IMG/VR virus record: IMGVR_UViG_3300007987_001205
Location: 1-33,690 of that record
Strand: one strand, 5' to 3'
Source: a virus
Taxonomy: Duplodnaviria > Caudoviricetes
DNA: 33,690 nucleotides
Of the stretch, positions 1-8,600 are shown piece by piece (within the stretch, counting starts at the first letter, position 1; each line of letters begins with the position of its first letter). Position numbers and translations under genes: made by a program. The notes below the pieces were generated by a model. The model saw nothing but the letters and a program-made list of their open reading frames with translations. It was not told where the DNA came from and made no database searches.

Positions 1-339
1 GCGTTTTGAACAGAAACTCCGCCAGTAGGGGATGGGTTTCTCGCATGCGCCGCAACGGTTGGCCAGCAGGAGCACCGCGTCGCCGGCTCGAAGCTCCCGC
101 GCCTCTTTCCATTCGTCCTGCGACGTGAGGAACCTGTGATTGGGCGTGCAGGCCACATCGCCGCGCCAGTCCGAGCGGTGGTAGGCGAGGCGGATCATGG
201 GGCCGTCGTACTCGTGGGTGAAGGTTCGCGCGACCTTGCGAAATCGAAGCCTATGGGTCAGCACCTTATCCCCGGCCAGGAGTTGGGATATCTTCTTCCA
301 GCCTTCCGGCGTGAAGACGGGCACGTGAGCGGGGAAGCA
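1..339 (-). mobile_element. Intein (N-terminal part) inserted at the MuF HPN|C motif
   Basis: CFPAHVPVFTPEGWKKISQLLAGDKVLTH (block A), CTPNHRFLT (block B TxxH), WKEARELRAGD, then in-frame CGAC..FCS; C-terminal blocks lie outside the window. Confidence 0.85.
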
Positions 340-2511
340 GTTTGGATGCACGGGGATGACCGCCCGTGCCTCATCGAGCGTGAACTTCTTGCCGATCTTG
401 GTCCCCGGCAAAGAGTCCGAGACCGCGCGGCAGGCCGGGCACGCGTCGCCCGCCAGGAGGAAGGTCACCTCCTCGACGTCGTTTTGCTCCAAGGCGTCGA
501 GCGTGCCCAGGTTGTAGGCGCGGTTGGCCTCGGTGCGGGCGATGATCTCGGCCGAGTCCGCGCGCGACAGGGACCGGGTGTAGGGCCCCTGGAAAACCCG
601 GCCACGGTCGTCGGTCGCGCCCTTGACCTGCACCGTGACGAAGTCCGAGAGCTTGGCCGCGATGCGGTCGCGGATCTGCGGGATGGTCTCATTTCGCGTC
701 AGGCCCTCGACCAGCTCGCGCCGCAAGGAATCCTTGATGGACGTCGCGACGTTCGCGGCCACGACGATCGAGTTCTTGCGGATCAGCTCCTCGAGTTCGA
801 CGCTGATCTCGTCCGGGGTCTCCACGCGAGAGCGCGCCGAAGAAACCTTGAGCCCCCTGCGGGCGAGTCTCAGGTTGAAGCGCTCCAGCAGTTCAGCCAC
901 CCGATCCTGGTCGATGGCCTCGAGCAGGACCTCCAGTTCGGGAAGAGCCTTCACCGCCTCGGGCGCGCGGTAGCCCACAAAGCGCATGATGCTGTGCGCC
1001 GCGACGTATTCCTCGAACTTGGGGGCGATGGCCCGGAGCTTGTCGCCCAGATCCTGCATCTTGAGCTTGGGAAGCCGTTCCTCGATTCGGTTGGCGAAGC
1101 TCCCGAGCAACTGCTTAAGCGAGGTCAGGAAGCTGTTCTCCAGCTTGATGACCGCCTGCGTGGCGTTGGTGATCGTGTCCGAGCGGCCGCGCAGGGCCTT
1201 GAAGATTTCGTCGTCTTCGACGCCCATGGCTTTCCTGATCTGCGGCAGTCCGGCCAATACGATCGGGCGCACCTCCTCGGGGCGCAGGACGCCGTTGCTC
1301 AAGTAGATGTTGAGGATATCCGCCTGCTGCTTCTCGTCGATGGTGCGCCGGTTGAACTCGAAGGCCCAGTCCGTGATGCCGAAGCCGTTGTTGATGATCT
1401 GCTGGGTGATCTTCTCGGCTACGCGGCGCTGGAAAGGGGCGACGGTCTCTTCATAGAAGTTCTGTCTCTGCGTGTCGCCAGTGCCAGCCCCGATGTTGCC
1501 CGTCTCGATGATCGAGACCATGGCGGGCGGCACGCCATAGACGGCCAAAATCTCGTTTCTGGTGAATTCGCGTAGGCTCAGGAACTCCATGTCCTTCTGC
1601 GTCGTGCCGATTTGTTTGAACTCGACCGGGCCCTCCAGCACGAGGTCGGCCTGGGCCAGGTTCATGTCCTTGGCGCGGGCCTTGAGGAACTCGCGGTTGC
1701 GCTCCACCTGCTCGGGCGTCGCGTCCTTCATCACGTAGGCCCCGCGTATCTTCGCGCCGTTCAAGAAAAAGGCCCTGTTGTATATCTGCGCGAACTTATC
1801 CACGGTCACCGGCAAGATGAGAGAGGCCAAAGGCGAGAGCCCGTAGAGCGCCGAGCCCTTGGTCCCGAGCTTGTTGTGCATGACCTCGCGCGGCTCGAAG
1901 GCGACATCGCTCTTGCCGCCAAGCGCTACCGCCGGCACCTGGACATAGCCCAGGATCAGGCCATGCGGGTCGATGCGCACCCGCATCGAGGGGGCGTCCA
2001 GCGTCCACATCTCACGCGGCTTGCCGCCCAGTCCGCGGACCACCTCGGTGAAGGCGTTGCCGAACACGAACGAGTCGCGCGTGATGTCGTCTAGGATCTC
2101 CACGAAGGTGTCCTGCGGGTTCGGGTTGGCGAAGAACTCCCGCAGGGTCTCGGCGTTTTTGGGATCGGCGTCCGGGGAGAGCGGCCGCAGGCCCCAGCCC
2201 TTGGCCGTCACCGCCTTGGTGATGACGCCGACCACCGCGCGGACCCAGCTCGTCTGCTCGAACATCTGATCGAAGACGGTGAAGTCGATGGGCGGCAATA
2301 TCCCATGCCGGTCAGACAACCCGAAGGTCGTATGGGGCTGCACGCCCTTGCCCTGCTTCTCGACCTCGCCGCGCAGCGCGCCCAAGAGGTCCTTGGCCGC
2401 TGCGGCCTCTTCGGCGCTTAAGCCCTGGACATGGTGGATGCCGCCGCCGCTCCCGGCCGTGATATCGGGCTCGCCGAAGAGGGCTTTGGCGATGCGCTCG
2501 CGGAGGCTCAT
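1..2511 (-). CDS. Portal protein fused to MuF/SPP1 gp7-like head morphogenesis domain, intein-containing (runs off window)
   Basis: Not in the ORF track because there is no stop in the window. Manual translation from ATG 2511 (MSLRERIAKALFG): portal-like motifs NPNP..FGNAF, YGLSPL, FFLNGA, DMEFL..EILAVYGVPP; later IARTEANRAYN..CPAC..IPVHPNC typical of MuF; directly downstream of terL. Confidence 0.88.
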   Translation of the reverse strand, partial: MSLRERIAKALFGEPDITAGSGGGIHHVQGLSAEEAAAAKDLLGALRGEVEKQGKGVQPHTTFGLSDRHGILPPIDFTVFDQMFEQTSWVRAVVGVITKAVTAKGWGLRPLSPDADPKNAETLREFFANPNPQDTFVEILDDITRDSFVFGNAFTEVVRGLGGKPREMWTLDAPSMRVRIDPHGLILGYVQVPAVALGGKSDVAFEPREVMHNKLGTKGSALYGLSPLASLILPVTVDKFAQIYNRAFFLNGAKIRGAYVMKDATPEQVERNREFLKARAKDMNLAQADLVLEGPVEFKQIGTTQKDMEFLSLREFTRNEILAVYGVPPAMVSIIETGNIGAGTGDTQRQNFYEETVAPFQRRVAEKITQQIINNGFGITDWAFEFNRRTIDEKQQADILNIYLSNGVLRPEEVRPIVLAGLPQIRKAMGVEDDEIFKALRGRSDTITNATQAVIKLENSFLTSLKQLLGSFANRIEERLPKLKMQDLGDKLRAIAPKFEEYVAAHSIMRFVGYRAPEAVKALPELEVLLEAIDQDRVAELLERFNLRLARRGLKVSSARSRVETPDEISVELEELIRKNSIVVAANVATSIKDSLRRELVEGLTRNETIPQIRDRIAAKLSDFVTVQVKGATDDRGRVFQGPYTRSLSRADSAEIIARTEANRAYNLGTLDALEQNDVEEVTFLLAGDACPACRAVSDSLPGTKIGKKFTLDEARAVIPVHPNCFPAHVPVFTPEGWKKISQLLAGDKVLTHRLRFRKVARTFTHEYDGPMIRLAYHRSDWRGDVACTPNHRFLTSQDEWKEARELRAGDAVLLLANRCGACEKPIPYWRSFCSKR

Positions 2512-2819
2512 GAGCCGGACACCACCGTTGGGCAAGTAGCAAGAATGGGAAATGATAAAATAGACATTCTCGGAGGGAAAAAATGAGTTTCAACCGACTC
2601 TGTGCGTACGACTTTTGCGAGGACAAGGAGATCGAGGGTAAGGGCGGCAATATCTTTGCGTGCAGCAAGTGCGGTGCCAAGAAGCCCATGCACAAAAATT
2701 GCGTTGACATGCACATCCAGGAGAAGCATAACGGCAAGGCGTATCCAAAAGCTCTGCCCGATCTCGATCTTCCAGGGCCGATCGGTTTCAGCACTCGTTA
2801 GCGTAGCGTCTCCTTTCAC
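2508..2819 (-). CDS. Putative 103-aa bridging ORF between terL and portal
   Basis: GTG overlaps the terL stop (GTGA), GGAGG 4 nt upstream, TGA overlaps the portal ATG (ATGA); codon-aligned antisense to 2583-2801, so it could be a shadow ORF. Confidence 0.3.
   Translation of the reverse strand: MKGDATLTSAETDRPWKIEIGQSFWIRLAVMLLLDVHVNAIFVHGLLGTALAARKDIAALTLDLLVLAKVVRTESVETHFFPPRMSILSFPILATCPTVVSGS
2553..2561 (+). promoter_or_regulatory. Extended -10 promoter (TGaTAAAAT) for the antisense small gene
   Basis: TGATAAAAT in an AT-rich patch, followed by GGAGGG and ATG 2583. Confidence 0.55.
2583..2801 (+). CDS. Small Cys/His-rich (probably zinc-binding) protein, moron-like
   Basis: 72 aa, C-x4-C...CSKC...HKNC..H...H; own RBS and promoter; opposite strand to the morphogenesis operon. 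Confidence 0.7.
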   Translation: MSFNRLCAYDFCEDKEIEGKGGNIFACSKCGAKKPMHKNCVDMHIQEKHNGKAYPKALPDLDLPGPIGFSTR

Positions 2820-4177
2820 AGGTCCTCCGCGAAGCTGATCCGAGGCTCCACGCGCTGCATCTCCACGCCCTGAAGCGCCAGCCACAGAGCATCCATGAGG
2901 TCCAAGGTGCCGTCCGGGAAGCCGAGGAGCTCTTCTTCCAACTGCTCGACCCAGGCCGCGTCGCTTCGGGGAAGCCGTATCGCCCCGACCTCGAAAAGCG
3001 GAGCCAGGCCGCGCAGCCGCGCGTGCTTATCGCCCTGCGTGTTGTGGGGCCGAAGCGGCAGGCGGCGGGTATCGGGGTCGGTGCGCAGGGACTCGGTGAA
3101 GGCGGCCTGGTAGGCATTGGCCTCCGGGACGATCAGCCGTGGGTGGTGATGGCGATGGATGCGCTTGGCCGCCTTCAGTTGCTCGTTAAACGGGATGCGG
3201 CCCTTGTAGCCGTCGATCACGCAGACATCGCCGGTCTTGAGGTCGACGCCGATCACCGCATAGGCGAAGTAGGCGTTGCGCGAGCGCTTGCCGATGGCGA
3301 GGTCGATGCCCGCGAAGATGGTCAGGTCGTCGGGCTGCTTGTCGAAGCGCCCGGAATCCAGCCAGGCGGCCTTGAAATCCTGGCCCTCGACCGATTCGGG
3401 CGAACTGCGATAGATGCACTGGTAGTTGGCCGTGCCGAGCTGGGCGCGGATCGTGCGGAGCTTCTCGGGGGTGAACTTTTCGGGCAGGAGCGCGTGGGTC
3501 TCGCCCTGCGCGTCCTTCCAGTCGGCGGCCAGCTCGATGACCTTCCAGTCCGCATAGCCGGGGTCCTTCTTGATCTGGCCTGGCAGGTCGTCGCGGTTCC
3601 AGCGGGTCGAGACCACGATGATCTGGCCGTTATCCCCCAGGCGGGGCACCAGGTCGCGGCGGAACCAGTCCCAAATCTTGCGACGCTGCGTGGATGTCTG
3701 CGTGTTTCGGTTCGAGCAAGGGTCGTCTACGATGATGAGATTCGGGTGCTGCGAGACGAGCGTCCCCATGACCCCGACCGCCAGGATCGTGGGCTCCTTG
3801 CGGATGACGGTGCGGGCGAGCTGGATTTTCTCCTCCGACCACTTGTCCGCGTCGATGTTCCAGTCGCCGTAGCGCTCGCGGAAGGCCTCGTTGTCGCGGA
3901 TATGCCCCTTGATCTCGGCCAGGAAGCCCTTCGAGTTGTCGAGGATTTCGTTAACGATCATGATCCGCATGTCGCGGTCCTCGGTCAGCCGGAACAGCGG
4001 ATAGGTGATCGTGCAGCAGGTGGACTTAAGATGCCCCGGTGGCGCGATCAGCAGAAGCTTCTTGTGCTTGAGCAGATCGTCGAACCAGCCGAGGTGAAGG
4101 TCGGTGAACTCATCGTATCCGAGGACGTACTTGCCCAGGTAGAAGCACTCGGTCAGCCGCCGGTCGTGCGTCTTCAT
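2816..4177 (-). CDS. terL: Terminase large subunit
   Basis: Walker A-like APPGHLKST, Walker B IIVDD, nuclease GIDLA and DLMDA; ATG 4177 preferred (ATGA overlap with upstream ORF); upstream of portal. Confidence 0.93.
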   Translation of the reverse strand: MKTHDRRLTECFYLGKYVLGYDEFTDLHLGWFDDLLKHKKLLLIAPPGHLKSTCCTITYPLFRLTEDRDMRIMIVNEILDNSKGFLAEIKGHIRDNEAFRERYGDWNIDADKWSEEKIQLARTVIRKEPTILAVGVMGTLVSQHPNLIIVDDPCSNRNTQTSTQRRKIWDWFRRDLVPRLGDNGQIIVVSTRWNRDDLPGQIKKDPGYADWKVIELAADWKDAQGETHALLPEKFTPEKLRTIRAQLGTANYQCIYRSSPESVEGQDFKAAWLDSGRFDKQPDDLTIFAGIDLAIGKRSRNAYFAYAVIGVDLKTGDVCVIDGYKGRIPFNEQLKAAKRIHRHHHPRLIVPEANAYQAAFTESLRTDPDTRRLPLRPHNTQGDKHARLRGLAPLFEVGAIRLPRSDAAWVEQLEEELLGFPDGTLDLMDALWLALQGVEMQRVEPRISFAEDL

Positions 4178-4428
4178 GGGGCGGGCCGCCGGGTCCGGGC
4201 ATTCAAAAAGAATTTTGAAGTGAAAATAAGGATAAAGCGGCAAAACGTTTTGAATAAAAAATATAGATACGAAACAGGTTTCACGTTCAAAACGCGACGC
4301 TGACAGGAGTGTGCGCGATCGGCGTCCTGATTTTTACGCAAAGCCCGCGCGAGCTGGTAGGAGTCGATTCCTCGTCGGGAGAACACTGCGCATAATGGAC
4401 GATTATGTCTACTCGGAAGTTGCTTCAT
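4174..4428 (-). CDS. Putative 84-aa ORF spanning the AT-rich inter-terminase site
   Basis: AAGGAG RBS, start overlaps the end of 4409-5014, stop overlaps the terL ATG; no recognisable domain. Confidence 0.35.
   Translation of the reverse strand: MKQLPSRHNRPLCAVFSRRGIDSYQLARALRKNQDADRAHSCQRRVLNVKPVSYLYFLFKTFCRFILIFTSKFFLNARTRRPAP
4202..4315. other. Candidate packaging initiation (cos/pac) region
   Basis: AT-rich island between terminase genes with TTCAAAA-N4-TTTTGAA, CAAAACGTTTTG and CGTTTTGAA-N31-TTCAAAACG; 4286-4315 matches 27147-27176 at 27/30 nt. Confidence 0.55.
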
Positions 4429-5014
4429 TTGCTCCTTCCGCCGTCGGTTTCTCCGTCGGCACGTCGATCACCTCGCCGCTCGTCTGATCGCCTCGTTCAC
4501 CTTCAGGGCGCGACCCGCGCTGGCTTGCGGACGCCTCCTTCTCTTCGCGATTGCGCGTGAAGCGCGCGACGATGACCTCCATCTCCTGAATGGCCTTATC
4601 CTGGTCGGCCTTGGGGATGAGTTCCTTTTGCTCGTTTGCGAGGCTTCCGCCGGAAGCCTTTTCGAGCCGCAACAGATGCGGGATCACCTTGTCGATGAAG
4701 TTCGTGCGCTGCTGCAAGAGCGCCGCGTCGGTTTCCTTCTTCGACTGTTTGAACTGAAAAATAACCGAGCTCCAACCTTCCCCGCAGACCGTATCGCGCG
4801 TCTTATCGTCTAAGCCGTCGACGGCGATCAGCGCCTTCTTGTCCTCAGGCCCGAGGTAGTTGTCGGCGTGGTCCATCCAATACTTGACCGAGTTGGCCCG
4901 CGTGCCGATCTCTTCTGCGACCGAGCACATCGAAGCCCCGCCGCGGACCTTCTTGATCGCGTTGATGATTGTCTCGCGGGGATAGCGGCGTGAGCCGCCC
5001 TTGGGCTTATCCAT
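4409..5014 (-). CDS. HTH protein, probable terminase small subunit
   Basis: N-terminal HTH (YPRETIINAIKKV..SVAEEIGTRANSVKYW), helical middle, acidic tail; position upstream of terL. Confidence 0.6.
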   Translation of the reverse strand: MDKPKGGSRRYPRETIINAIKKVRGGASMCSVAEEIGTRANSVKYWMDHADNYLGPEDKKALIAVDGLDDKTRDTVCGEGWSSVIFQFKQSKKETDAALLQQRTNFIDKVIPHLLRLEKASGGSLANEQKELIPKADQDKAIQEMEVIVARFTRNREEKEASASQRGSRPEGERGDQTSGEVIDVPTEKPTAEGANEATSE

Positions 5015-5195
5015 TCGTCTGTTCCAACTCCTGCCAGGTCTTTTTCAACTCTCGCCGCTCCTTGCGCCGGTAGTCCCGCATGTACCTGCGACGCCGCTTC
5101 GGCCGGCAGTCTCGGCATATCTGCTGATTGGGCGAGAGCGCCTGAAAGCGTTTGTCGCAGTGGCGACAGCTTCTCATCGGATATAGAGTTCTCAT
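5007..5195 (-). CDS. Small basic zinc-finger protein
   Basis: CRHC..CRDC with Arg-rich helix; GGAGG upstream; overlaps the next start. Confidence 0.6.
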   Translation of the reverse strand: MRTLYPMRSCRHCDKRFQALSPNQQICRDCRPKRRRRYMRDYRRKERRELKKTWQELEQTNG

Positions 5196-5252
5196 GTTAT
5201 AGTCGCGGCCTCCCTCCTAAGTCCATGCACAAGTCAAAATGTGAACAGCGTT

Positions 5253-5660
5253 TCATGCGCTTGCTCTCGTCGGAAAACGCGGGAACTTCACGATGATTTG
5301 CGTCCGCGCGTCATGCCACACTCCCATCACGCGCGGCAGAATGTATTTGTCGTTGGTGACGATGCCGCCGGCTTCCATCGCGTCGAAGAGGACCTTGCCG
5401 TAGTTGTGCGCGTCGCAGTTGGTCCGGGGCAGGATGAACCACAGGTCCAGCCGGCAGTAGGAGTCGATAGGCCGGAACTTCTTGAAGCGCGCCCAGAGCT
5501 TGAGCGCGAGGCCGACGGACCGGATGTAGTCCCTGGCCTCGGCGGTCAGGATGTCCCGGCACAGGCGGCCCATCCGGACGGGGCGCATCCTGGCGTTGGT
5601 CGAGGGGCAAAGCGGCAGGAAGAGCAGCACCCCGTCGGAAAGCCGCTGCGAGGCGATCAT
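5253..5660 (-). CDS. rusA: RusA-family Holliday junction resolvase
   Basis: PSTN near the N terminus and DAHNYGKVLFDAMEAGGIVTND motif; ATGA-coupled. Confidence 0.85.
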   Translation of the reverse strand: MIASQRLSDGVLLFLPLCPSTNARMRPVRMGRLCRDILTAEARDYIRSVGLALKLWARFKKFRPIDSYCRLDLWFILPRTNCDAHNYGKVLFDAMEAGGIVTNDKYILPRVMGVWHDARTQIIVKFPRFPTRASA

Positions 5661-8600
5661 CGTGCTCGGTCCCCATCATCGTTGTGCTGGTCCGAGTTGC
5701 CATGCGCTCCTCCATTTCCGAACAGCGACTCAAACCAATCGGGTGATTCGCCGCGAGAGGGGTCGAAACTCTCGCAGGTCGCGGGCGATTCCCAAGCGAT
5801 CTCGCATCCCATCAGGTCGCGGACCCTTGCCCGGAAGTACGGGGTATCGGCCGCAAGGATGGCGGTGGACCAGGGCGACGCGCCGCCCTGCTTTCTGGAT
5901 CGCTTTTGGCGGAATCTGAAAAGGCCCAAACTCCAAGACAAGGTAGTCTTGACTTGTGGGCCTTTTCGGATCAGATGTATTTTCCTGTCGATTTCGTGTT
6001 TTGCGGCCTTGGTGGAGGCGAATAGATCGGGCCATCGATCGGCCAAAATCCGGGGGACCAAGGGCAGCGTGCCCGCGCCGCGCATGTACGCCTGGCCGAG
6101 CCTGCTGACCGCGCGGCCGACCAGGATATCTCTAAAGCTCGCGAGCCTGTCCACATCCAGGTCCAGCGGCAGCTTGCTCAAGATGTAGACCTCCTTTGCC
6201 GTGTTCGTGTAGACCAGCCGGATGCGGTCTACGGCCTGGACCGATTCGCGCTCTCGCTTAAGCTCGAGGACGCGTTGAACCCGGGGATCGGGGTGCGTAT
6301 GTACCCGAGCACCGGCCTTGTTTCCGTTCTTGATCCGATAGCCGCGCAGAGTCTCTACATACTCGCCTGGAAGGCTCAGCGGCTCGGGATCGTCGTCCCA
6401 GATCGCTCGGGCGAGCCCTTCGATATCGCGAGCACGCGGCTGCTCGCGGCCGATCATCAAGACCGCCTCATGGTGCTTCCAGTCGTCCACGCCTCGGACG
6501 CGGCCGAAGTGCGCTATCGTCGCGCCCTTCCATTCGCAACACAGGGGCAGCTTCTCGTCCCTCTCCCCCGTGATGGCGCGGCGAACGGGCTTGGCGCAGA
6601 TGACGAACAGCCGGGCGCTTCGCGCAAGTTTTTCGATGAGACTCTTGATCTGCGCGATCCGTTTGGCCGCCTGAGCAGCCAGTTTCGGCGGCGCGCCGGG
6701 AAATCCGATCAGCGACCTGCGGGAAAACGAGGAGCTGTGGCATTGCGTCACTACCGCGTTCCGTGATACGGAGATCGCCACGTGCTCAAGCGGTTCGCCG
6801 AAAAGCCTTCGGTTGATCTCGCCGTCGGCGTCCGCATCGATCAGGAGCAGCGGCTTGTACTTGCCCGCCAGGACCTTCTGCCGCCATCGGACGAAGATCC
6901 GATTCTGGCGCTCTGTCTTGCCGTTGACCGTCACCGCATCGTTGCGCCGGAGCTCGACGGCGTGCGAGCCCGGACGCTTGAGCGCGACCTCATTGGCGAG
7001 CTGCCGCAGAAGGAGCGCGATCTTCTTGCGCTCGGACTCCTCGAGCGCGGCCAGACGCTCCACCGCCTCGCCCTCGGGCATATCGGGGGTCACGCCCGTG
7101 TCCCCGTCCTCCCGCCCTTCGGCCGCTTCCGCGGCCCGCGCGAGGATTTCCCCGTCTAGGCCCTGCGCCCTCGCCGCCTCGAGGAGCGGCTTGTCCTCAG
7201 AGAGCGCCTTGCGAACGCGGTCGAGGCAATCCGCCGACTCGCCCTCGGCCCAGGAGGGCGTCTCGGCCAGGCGGTCCGGGGCGAAGGCAAGCTCCCCTGC
7301 CAGCGTTTCCACGACCGACTCGTCGACGATCACCATGTTCGCCGCCGGGAAGCCCGACGGCATGGGCAGGTGAAGGTACTGGTGTGACCATATCCTTACC
7401 GCCGGTCCGCGGTCGTTCCACTGTTTGATCCAGGGGCAGTGGTCGTAGTGCTCGCATGTCCCCGCGCCGGACCTGCACAGCGTCTTGAAGACGTTTAGCC
7501 CTAGCCGACTGGCCAGGTCCGCCGCGTCGGGTTTGCGGCACATCGTCTTGGGCTCGCGAGGCCCGCGCTCTTCGGTCGCCTCGGCCAGCCTGCCACGCAT
7601 GACGCGCACCTCGGGACCCGGCGCAAATCGGGGGTCGAAGGAAAGCTCGACGATCCGTTGGGCCAAACGCTCGCCTAGGTCCAAGGTCGGGACGAAGATC
7701 GATATGTGCAAGTCCCTGAGCTTCGGGCGGGACACGATTTCCTGGACGACGGCCTCGGTCTTTCCAATCCCCGCCACGGCCTGCACCGCGAGCCGCGGGG
7801 CCGCGCGTAGATCGGCGATGCCGTACTTCTCCTTGACCTCGGCGCGCCAAGCGTCGGCGATCTCCCGCGGCGTCCGGCGCGCGAACCGAGACTTGTAGCG
7901 TCGAGCGAGCTCTCGTCGGGCCAGCGCCAGGGCCTGCGTCTGGTCGAACCACTGCGAGATGCAAGAGCGCAACTGAGCGGACGCCTCGTCCCTCGCGAGG
8001 GGCTTGGAGAGATATGCGGGCGGCACGCCATCGACGAGTTTCCACGGCGAGAGACGTTGACGGGCGAAGCCCTTGCGCCGGGCTCCCGCGATCATGGCCG
8101 ACACCTCGCCGCGAGTCTGCTCTGTCGTCCAGCCGGATAGGGTATAGGGCTCGGCCTTGGCCAGGATGTCCTCGTCGGACCATCCCGCGGCCACGAAACG
8201 GGCCACGGCGCGCAGCATCGGCGCGTGCCAGTTGCCCGGGCCCACCTGGCCAAGAAGGGTCTCGGCGTCCGGTGACGGACGAGAAGGGTCAATCGAATGT
8301 CGCCGTCGGGGAGCCGTTGGATGATTGCTTGGGGGCGCTGGCTTCTCGGCAGGGGAAAAGAAGCGCGCGACCCTGCCCTCCGGATAGGGGCTGCCGTCGG
8401 GACGGACGCTGAAATCTGTGCGCTCCACGACCCGGCCGGGCTTCTTGGGCCAGGCGATGGAGCCCGCGAGACGCATGACGCGGCTGGGATTCGTGACCGT
8501 GGTGTCGCCGCCCATAGCGTCGGCGAGGGCTCGGTTCTGCCGGCGGCACAGGTCGGGATCTGCGACGGGAGTCTCCTGCCGCCACCAGAGTTGCGCGCGA

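Noticed and set aside
1-12. GCGTTTTGAACA matching 27104-27115
   Set aside because: Lies in intein coding sequence at the window edge with none of the other conserved blocks; likely chance.
136-1575. 479-aa plus-strand ORF (and similar long ORFs at 3023-4303, 28536-29807, 12324-12983, 18794-19705, 31151-31990)
   Set aside because: Antisense shadows of well-supported high-GC genes; no motifs or RBS.
5196-5238. Sigma-70 promoter before the 62-aa zinc-finger gene
   Set aside because: TATAAC abuts the ATG directly and TTGACT has no correctly spaced -10.
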